This document shows, one piece after another, positions 53,993 through 64,000 of a stretch of DNA of 64,000 bases. Position numbers and translations under genes: made by a program. The stretch spans positions 68,634,001 through 68,698,000 of the forward strand of contig OX597820.1 of the NCBI GenBank assembly GCA_951406725.2. The letters run 5' to 3'. The notes under the pieces are model-generated. The model ran no database searches. It was not told the DNA's origin and worked only from the letters and a program-made list of their open reading frames with translations. The DNA comes from Octopus vulgaris. Its lineage: Eukaryota. Position 1 is the stretch's first letter; every line of letters begins with the position of its first letter.

Positions 53993-55537
53993 TATTTATA
54001 GATGCTTAATGTGTAACATGCTTTCAACTCATTAACAAGCTAGTTTTCAGGCACCGATATGTTGATAGTGTGTTAATAAATGAGAAAGAAAACAATTAGT
54101 AGAATAAACAAAGTAGTGAAACGTACATGGTAAAAAAATATTTTTCATGTTATTGTTTTTCGATCCCCTAATTTATTTTTCTAATAATAAAACTATCTAG
54201 CTGGCTACTTACCTGTTTCTTTTCTATTTGACACTCTACCTTCTTTTGCGACATCTTTTTATAGAAATATCTTTGTAATACTTTAGAAAATATTCACGAA
54301 TGAAAAATCAAATGAAAAAAAAAACATAAAATATATGAAAAAAAAAAAAGAAACCTCTTTAATCTCGAACTCCCCGATATCAATATGGTTGAAAATTCAG
54401 CGAGGGATACATCTGATTTCAAAATGTCAAACAACACTGTATTTAAACAAATTAAGTGTATGTGTGATGGTGAGTTTTGGTGGAATTAATATTTCCACTC
54501 CATTCCACATATACAGATACACGCACATGTATACATCGAAAATTACCTTCCTACTTACACGCACATATATAGTCACACTGACAAACAACAGTATAGAAAT
54601 ATTATATGTGTATATATATATATCTGTCTGTGTGTGTATAATATAATATGTATATATATACATATATTATATTACACACACACATATATATATACATATA
54701 AGCACACTCACAATACATAACAATACATAGTACACATACACTTTATGTGTGTATGCATTTCTCTAGCCTGCCTCTCTATCTTCATAGCTATTTATATACA
54801 TAATGTAATGGCGTACTTGAATTTTAATATACTTTCAAAGCAAGTTATTACTACTATCATGCAAACATCTTTCATTGCAAACTTATATCATAGTTACTGT
54901 CTCATTCTAGAGACACCACACTGTCAACGCTGGGAAACTAAGCATCCCCTCTTTTGGCCGGATATTCTTTTGCACCCCCAGCTACTACTCATACTTCAAA
55001 AGTTCCACATTTCGATTTACTATGGGACTGCTCTCCCATCTAGGGAGGTGCCATCATTTCCGTGCTAATATTCTTAGCCAGAGTCCAAAAGATTCCTGTC
55101 TGCCTCATAAGGGACCTCACTCTGTGAAAGTAATTCGAAAGGGGCTGTAAATGCTCTTCCTTTGTCTTTATATCTTCTGTTTCATAAGAGATTCGGTATC
55201 CCACTAGCTTCTAATAGAATTCACCCAAAAGAAACGCTTTTCAAGCTAAGCTCTTTTATCCAAACATTTTCATTTTTATAATCATAAAAGAGTTAGCGAT
55301 TAGCTTTCTCCATACGGAACCACATAGGGATAATACAAGCCCATAGCCGTGAGCTCCATACCATAAACACTGCATGTTTGAAAATGAAATTATTATCAAA
55401 AACATGTTTCTGTGAACTTTCTGTCGTTGGGTCTTTATAAAAATTATTCACATGAATGTTTATAATTCAATGTATATAAGCACACACACACACATATGCG
55501 TGAACACAAACACACACACACACTCACTCATTCACAC

Positions 55538-55585
<48 letters not shown>

Positions 55586-55641
55586 ACACATATATAATGC
55601 AAATGCATATATATATTTGCATACACACATGTATATATGTT

Positions 55642-55717
<76 letters not shown>

Positions 55718-56647
55718 TAGATATATATATATATACACACACACACATTCACACACATGTATACTGGCTTACATCCGAATATATATGAATTATATATGTG
55801 TTCGCGTATGTACTTATACATGTGTATGTACCTATTTCTGTGTGCGATATGTAAAAATCCGGTCTCGTTTCAAATTTAGTAAACGGCGTTACGTCAAACA
55901 TCCTTGCTATCCGTCCCGGCATATATACATTGATAAGATTACATGACTGAAGTAGGTTCTCTTGAGGTTGCAAGCATATACAATATATAGATACATACCA
56001 ATCAATCATATCTGCATACACGCTCATTACTCATTACATACATAAACACACACAGTCACTCATATACAGAAAAACACACGTACACAGAAACATATAAACA
56101 AACACATACTTATGACAATATGTTAAAACGAATAGGGCATAGTGGCCAGTGTCCTCAATTTGGATAACAAATACAAATATATACTGAATCTACTAAATAC
56201 TGTTCAAGGTATACCCTGTGTTGAACTTATCCTTGCTTCGGATGGAAATTAATCTCCTAGCGACAGTTGCAATCAGCTCTGAATAACGATTGGAAATGGT
56301 CTCACGCAATCAAGATAGTGTTAAATTTAGCCTTATACAGAGAATGCGATAGCACCAAATTTATCATTTAATCTTTATGTGGAGCATACCTGTGTTTATG
56401 TTTCTATGGTCGTTGTTTTAAGATATTACGGCCGTTATCAGTAAGGAGTTTAAGCAAAATATGATGAAACAAAACAAAATGTATCATAAAAGAAAAATAG
56501 GTAAATAGCTGTAATAATAGTTGAATTACTGTTATGTTGGGTGCTTATATTTCTATTAAAACAGAAATTCGCACACTTCTGAATTTATATTGTATGGTGT
56601 TAGTATATCATTTTATTACACAGTGAGTTATATACATTCATATGAAT

Positions 56648-57040
56648 GCGGCGAGCTGGCAGAAACGTTAACACGCCGTGCGAAATGCTTAGCGGAAATT
56701 CGTCTGCTGCTACGTTCTGAGTTCAAATTCCGCCGAGGTCGACTTTGCCTTTCATCCTTTCGGGGTCGATTAAATAAGTACCAGTTACGCACTGGGGTCG
56801 ATGTAATCGACTTAATCCGTTTGTCTGTCCTTGTTTGTCCTCTCTGTGTTTAGCCCCTTGTGGATAGTAAAGAAATAGGTATTTCGTCTGTCTTTACGTT
56901 CTGAGTCCAAATCCACAGAGGTCCACTTTGCCTTTGATCCTTTCGGGGTCGATAAAACTAGTACCAGTTGCGCACTGAGTCGATCTAATCGACTGGTTCC
57001 CTAACCAAAACTTTCGGGCCTTACACCTAGAGTAGAAAAA
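56648..57040 (+). mobile_element. Dimeric SINE family B, young, with probable TSD
   Basis: Two arms each with gaggtc.actttgccttt.atcctttcggggtcgat.aa..agtaccag (resembles the Meta/Sauria-type SINE core, from memory). tatatacattcat occurs at 56629-56641 and 57041-57053. Confidence 0.92.
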
Positions 57041-57711
57041 TATATACATTCATGTACTATCTTAGCTGTTTTTTGTTATACATGCCTATACAGACCCCCA
57101 CACACATACATACATACACATAAACGTCATCATATATACATGCATCTTATATATGTATATATGTATATACATGCTTACACTGTCACATACATACTTACCT
57201 CAACACCCGTACTTCTATATGACCCGTACTTATTTCATCGAAATATATTGGGTAAAACTTTTCATACAAAGCCTCCTGCGATGTTTGAAACGATACCAGA
57301 ACTCATTATCCACAACTTTCCTAAAAATTCTATTCTTAATCAACTTGTTTAATTAAACTTTCAGTGTCATTGTCTTTGTCTACATTAATGAGACCATTAA
57401 CCTAATTAGTGTTTCTTCTTGCAACAAATTTACTTTTAATCATGTATACTCTTTCAGCTTACTCTGTTGTATATACTGATCTTAAGACATGATGTTCATG
57501 CAGAAGTATTTTCATAAATTTCGGCGATAATATGTTCACATTATTTATAAGATCAATAGGATAATTCTGATCAATAATAATTTTTCTCAAGCTATCGGTT
57601 TCTTATCACATAAATAACCAAATGCAAAACTATTCGTTAGTGTAACGAGAGATATTCAAAGTGTGTACATTAGCGAATTTCCTTTAAAGTATATACATTC
57701 ACATTCACTTT

Positions 57712-58103
57712 CTTTTCTACTCTAGGCAAAAAGCCCGAAATTTTGGGGGAGGGGGCCAGCCGTTTAGACCCCAAGACCCAACTGGTACTTAATTTATCAA
57801 CCCCTTAATAATGAAAGGCAAATTCAACCTGGGCGGAATTTGAACTCAGAACGCAAAGACAGACGAAATACCTATTTCTTTACTATTCACAAGGGGCTAA
57901 ACACAGAGAGGACAAACAAGAACAGACAAACGGATTAAGTCGATTATATGGACCCCAGTGAGTAATTGGTACTTACTTAATCGACCCCGAAAGGATGAAA
58001 GGCAAAGTTGACCTCGGCGTAATTTGAACTCAGAACGTAGCGGCAGACGAAATACGGCTACGCATTTCGACCAGCGTGCTAACGTTTCTGCCAGCTCGCC
58101 GCC
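57712..58103 (-). mobile_element. Dimeric SINE family B, inverted relative to 56648-57040
   Basis: End-to-end reverse-complement match, including the linker caaggggctaaacacagagaggacaaacaag. Confidence 0.92.
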
Positions 58104-58569
58104 TTACATTAATATATATATTGCCTTATAAATCCGGCATATAGCTCAAAATATTATATTTACAGTGTTATTTTCATTCTTAATAAAAGCATGAACTTCG
58201 CCTATTTCCTATTGTATCCTGTGTAAAATGTAGTCTGAAGTACGTTGACAGAAGCAAGTTGAAAGAAGCAAGATGACAGAAGCAAGTAAATAGTTTTTGG
58301 ATAACTTACTGATGGAGGGAGATTTTAAATTTTTGAGAGCTTCCCCCACCGGTTTTGAAACAGAACATTTTTTCATTTTATGTTTGCATCATATTGCTTC
58401 GTCTAGTCGTTGGATATATACATATATGCTTCATATCATATAGTAATACTTAATTTCAAAATAGTAACCACCAATCTTATACGTTCATTCGATTAGGATT
58501 AAAACAGATGAAGCAAAACAATTAAGATGTTAGCCATATTAATGCCTTTTGTATCAAATTGTCTTTCAC

Positions 58570-58790
58570 CTTTTAGTTTTTATTGTGTCAGGGATTGGAG
58601 TGTGATTGTGTTGGTGCATCGCCTTGAAGTGTTTATTCCAAGTCGACCCTAGTACTTAGTGTTTTCAAATTTGATACTTGTTCTATTGTTTTCTAACGCT
58701 GAATTGCTGGGTTACAGGGATGCAAACAAACCAGCAGCTGTTGCCAGGCGTGAATGGTGGGGGAACAAATACAAATACAAAGACACACGC
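58570..58790 (-). mobile_element. Decayed SINE family A 3' half
   Basis: gtgttggtgcatcgcc..gtcgaccc..gctgaattgctgggttacagggatgcaaacaaaccagca. Confidence 0.55.
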
Positions 58791-60249
58791 ATGCACACAT
58801 GCACACACGCACACACACGTACACTCATGCACATATACAACCGGTTTGTTTACATTACATAAATATACCATATTTCTGTGTCATGATAAGCTGTCAGCGA
58901 AAGGTTAGAGTTCATGAGGAATCACATCGTTTAAATTGTAACTTAAACTCTCTTAGGAAAAGAATGAACTTTAAAATATTGATTCTAACTTTGTTTCGTA
59001 TTGGACAAAACTTCGCCGGGTTTATAATGAGAAAAAATTTACAAGTAACAATGTTATTGGATATAAGCATATATTTTTGTGCTGATTGGTCTACAACATT
59101 TTAGCCCTCAAAGTTTGAATATGAATGCAAATAAGTAAATTCAATGTGAAGGTTTTTTTTTATGATAATGATGTTATTAATAAAATTTCAAATTATTGTA
59201 TGAAATTTAGTTTTATACATTATAGCAAACCAATTGGCAGAAAGAAAACACTTTATTTTGAAGCAAAACCGTTACTTATGAGCGATAAATTTTATGTAAA
59301 AGTCAGTAACATTCTCTTCAAAAATATTTGTGTAAGGAAATTGATCTTCATCCAAAATAACAAAGAATTGATACTGTAAATAGGTTGTTTTCTTAAAATA
59401 CAATATAATGGTTCTAGTTTCCAATGTATTCATCTATGTTTCTTGAATATAAAGAATAATTTCTTGTTACGGAAGTTTTCACTGTCATTCCTTGCAATAT
59501 TTTATGCAATGTAGATTTCATTATATCGCTTTTCAAGAAATCATGCGAAGTAACTTCCCATTCGATTTATTTTCGACAATACGCCTACATTCCTCAGCAT
59601 GCTCTTTCTCACTTATTGTTGTTGAGATGCATTATTTTCTAACACAACGAACTTTCGAAGGTTAGCTTCAATAATTTTATTAGCAATAGAACGGAAATCT
59701 AGTTACGCCGTATGTTTAAATAACCACAGCGACATTCAAATAACATTTTTTCGACCTTTTTAAGCTTCAGCATAACCCAGGGGCCATCTGTAGGCTTTCG
59801 ATTGAAGGGGAAAATACATACATTCATCAAGCGATGAAGAAATAGTCTTAAAAGAAATTATTTTGAGTTGTGTTTGAAAAGTGATAATTACAGTAAAAAG
59901 AACTGTGCATTTGAACAATTGGAAGAACAAAGTAAAATTTGAATTAATGCGGAACAGAAAATGAAAAAGCAGTGACTGATTGTAGTGAAATTATATTCAA
60001 TGATTGAAATGTGAAATTCTTCTCCGTCTCCCATTGCGTGCTGAGGAAAATTGCCAATGATTCAATTCTATGCAAGGACAATGAAAATGCGGTAAGAAAG
60101 ACCTCGCATTTGATTTTATTTAAAAGGCGAAATTGTAAGAAAAACAATAGGATGTTAGCAAAGAAGCGTTAACTTTTGGACAGCAGGGTGGTAAAGTAGT
60201 GTCTTAGCAAACGGCAGCTATTCACACAGCTGACAAAGAAGTAAGGCTA

Positions 60250-60620
60250 GGAAGTAACCGCCTAATTGTAGCTGGTTAACAAAGGGAAATGGAATGAATG
60301 TCTTTGAGGTTGAATGACTTAGAAACAGGTGATTGTCTAATTTAAGTGAAATCATAATGGAAAGTAGAAGTTGTTAGAGCGGTGATCAACTGTGGACACA
60401 ATGCTCCGTTTGAAGGAGTTGTTATTTAATTAAAGTTTGAGAACAATCGCTGCTAAATCTCAAAGAGGCTGCTGATTGTGAAGAGACAGAGATACGATAA
60501 TGAAAACAACTTAAAAAGGAGAACTTCTAAAGAAGAAATAATTGCAATTCGTTGAGATATTCAACAGTGACTGTATCTATCAAGAATATGTCTACTATAA
60601 GAGAAAAGAAGTGTTACGCT
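60250..60620 (+). pseudogene. Highly decayed LINE reverse-transcriptase fragment (possibly RTE-like)
   Basis: Remnants in the expected order: SNRLI (NYRPI-like), R*STVDTMLRL (GRSTVDAIF-like), LLNLKEAADC (FVDLEKAFD-like), VSIKNM (V..IK.MY-like). Confidence 0.4.
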
Positions 60621-61007
60621 GAAGCTATCTTCCAAATGTAAATTGTAAATTATTCTTGTTAGGCAGTTAAAGGTATTTGAGTAATAAAACAAACTTATTT
60701 CAAATTTACTTAAGAAATTAATATTCTGGTTAAAGCTTAACTTGACGTAGTTTGGTATTACAAGCGAAAGTTATACACAGTATCAAGCTAATTCATTTAA
60801 TAAAAGCAAAACCAAACGTTTAAATAAAATATTATTTTCTTTTAATGTGTGGTTTTCTAGGAATGAATATAGTAGTTCTGTTGATGAATCGTGTTTTGTT
60901 GTAAAAATATATATTTTTTTTTTAACCAAAAGGGAGTATCTCCTTGGCGATTCGATCCACTGGAAGAACTTCCAACTTCTCGTCAAATTACTTTCATAAT
61001 ATAATTT

Positions 61008-61422
61008 TATTCTTTTATTTGTTTCAGTCATTTGACTGCGGCCAGGCTGGAGCACCGCCTTTTTAGTCGAACAAATCGAGCCCAGGATTTATTCTTTGTG
61101 AGTTACGGGGACGTAAACACACCAACATCTTGTCAAGCGATGCTAGGGAGACAAACGCAAACACAAACATATACATGTAAACACCCACCCGAACATATAT
61201 ATGTATACGACGGGCTTCTTTCAGTTTCCGTCTACCAAATCTGCTCACAAGGATTTGGTCGACCCGAGGCTATTTTAGAAGACTAATTCCCATGGTGCCA
61301 TGCAGTGGGACTGAACACGGAACCGTGTGGCTGATAAGCAAGCTAATTACCACACAGCCACTCCGGCGCCTATGCCTCGCAGCCACTCCTGAGTCTATGT
61401 CACACAGCCACTCCTGCGCCTA
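61008..61422 (-). mobile_element. SINE family A, full length, 5' 25-mer triplicated
   Basis: Colinear reverse complement; head unit repeated at 61351, 61376 and 61401. Confidence 0.9.
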
Positions 61423-62399
61423 CAATAGTTCGTTTTCCATTTTGTTTTCCAATATTCTTGATGTGAACTCATGTCTTTAAACGGAGCATGACTACTTGGC
61501 GAAAAATAACAGAAGAACTGAAATAGAACCAGTACATGTGTTTGTTTTTGAAATAATGGCTCTCCCGAAATATAGCAAAATATCACCATCTTAAGGCAGA
61601 AATAAAATATTGATATAATAATGCCTGAAAATAGGAAAGAATATTCATGGCTATAACACTTCGACCATGGTCATGGTTTTTTCAAAATTGCCTGACAACT
61701 AAAAATGACCAGAATTATTAACTTCTATTGTGAAAGATTCACTGTTACGTTGAAGGAAAATGGATGTCTGTCAATGATTTCTGAAGTGACTTCAAAGGCA
61801 TTAAAACTACAGGAAAAATTTCAGCTGAAAGTTGAACCAAAGATGTTGCTTTAGTGCATACATAGAAAATATTAGACTCATACATAACGGCAAACAATCA
61901 GCGCTAGTGATGTGTTGGATAGAATATCACGTGGTATCTGTTTCGAAAATCTGAACACAGCTCAAATATCATTTGGGGTCAATTTTGCTGTTCACATTTT
62001 CAGGATGAATAAAAAGAAATAGTCAAAGATGAAGTAATGATAGCATTCTTATAACATGGAGTGTGATGCCTTGCAATATCTCTTCTTATTCTGTACCTCG
62101 TACCCGCATTTCTGATCTCGTACCTGGAAAGCTGTGACTGATATATAGAATCAGAAATCAATAAAAAATATTGGTTCTGTCGAAATGCAATAATTATTCT
62201 TGAGTGTTTTTAATTGTTCTTGCCACAGACCTGCGGCCATAAGAATCGGTTTCAATGACCTTGGTACATTCTTTAGTAAATATTATATCTCAATACAGGA
62301 GGGCGAAATTCCCAGTAGATCGGGCGTATAGTGAAATATCCAACACAGGAAAAAAGGAAATAAAACGAAGTATTTTGATATACACACTCATTCTATCAA

Positions 62400-62593
<194 letters not shown>

Positions 62594-63285
62594 CACAGGC
62601 ATACACTTATGTATACATACATATTGGTACATGTATTGACATAAATACCCACTCACAACCACGCACACACAAACACACACACACACGTAATTTTATACCA
62701 AGAAAAAGAACGAGAGTAACAGAAAAGGAGAAACAGTGACAAAGGACCCGTTTCCACTACGGTGAGATTCAGGAATATATATTTCTATGCATTTGAACGT
62801 GAGCATATATCTGGTCGTTTGTATCGTTTATATTTACATTTTAAACGCCTGATTTAGATATATCTATACCTCATCACAACATTAAGGCTGTACAAATAGC
62901 TATTTCTAAATTAAGTACAAGACTGTTATAATTTCTGAAAGAATTATTATCAAATTAACCCGATTTAGGTTGTGTGCCGGTTTGACCACACCCCAGTCTA
63001 TGATAGCTAATACTACAACTTTACATTTATACCAATATTTAATAGTGCCCTTGGTTTTATGCGTAAATGCATAACTGTCAGTGAGATAACCTTGGATTTT
63101 CAAGAAAAGATATCAACCAACTAATTCGTACATTACAATTACAATCTGTTAGCGGAACCTTAAAAATGGAAGGCATTTCCGAAGTGTAAAATATGACATT
63201 GTTTTTGTTATTTACATTCCAAAGATGGAGCTTTGTATCTTTGTTAGAAACCAGCTCCTTTCTTAGAGGAAGAGAATAGGCATAC

Positions 63286-63317
<32 letters not shown>

Positions 63318-63615
63318 TCCTATACAAAGGCACACATAAATATGTGAATATGTTTATATAAAAAAAACCCATATGTATATGTATATATACATACAAACAT
63401 ATATATGTATGTATATATATATATATATACATAAATGTATATGTTATGTATGTGTCTGTTAGCGTATGTACGTGTACATGTATGCGCATTTGTGTGTATA
63501 TGTACATGATTGTATTCGGAATATATGTAACCCCAGTCTATATTTCTTAATGTATGTCTTATAATCCACAGAAGAAAAGGTATTACTATATGAGTGCATT
63601 AACATCTACATATAC

Positions 63616-63617
<2 letters not shown>

Positions 63618-63697
<80 letters not shown>

Positions 63698-63715
63698 GAG
63701 TGATTATTATTATTA
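63618..63715. repeat. (TTA)n microsatellite
   Basis: Direct reading. Confidence 0.95.
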
Positions 63716-64000
63716 CAAATTTTTCAGAGCATGATTGGCTCTATTATCATCATTCAAAATAACTACGCTTCACAAAGGTTGAATACCTTAAGCAAAATAA
63801 AATAATTATCTGTTTCAGATTGACTTTAAAAATATTGCATTTCTAAAACGGATGTATTAAGTTAAACCAGTGCTAGAATCATATAGCTACCGAAGAAAAG
63901 AAGCGCAATATATTTCCAATTGATGAAACAGTAAAGGCTTTTGGCTTTATCCTTATTATTATTATTTTTATTATTATTATCATTATTATCATTATTATTA

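Overview
AT-rich eukaryotic DNA, very rich in microsatellites. The SINE families match my recollection of coleoid cephalopod (probably Octopus) repeats; this is not database-checked. No host protein-coding gene can be supported, and nearly all listed ORFs are translations of (TA)n, (CA)n and (TCTA)n tracts, so the window looks intergenic or like part of a giant intron. It holds two mariner elements (a 590-bp deletion derivative and a decayed ~1.23-kb copy), two 3' fragments of restriction-like-endonuclease non-LTR retrotransposons (R4/Dong/NeSL type), a decayed LINE RT and more than 20 tRNA-derived SINE copies from at least 5 families. Three SINE pairs are closely spaced and inverted. The most notable signal is about 11 type-I hammerhead-ribozyme (HHR) motifs or remnants from several unrelated sequence families, mostly in short non-coding modules within (TA)n tracts. 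Four modules are fold-back (inverted-repeat) structures, and one HHR is fused to a tRNA-derived Pol III head, suggesting a set of Penelope-dependent retrozyme/SINE-like elements. Coordinates were read by hand and may be a few nt off.
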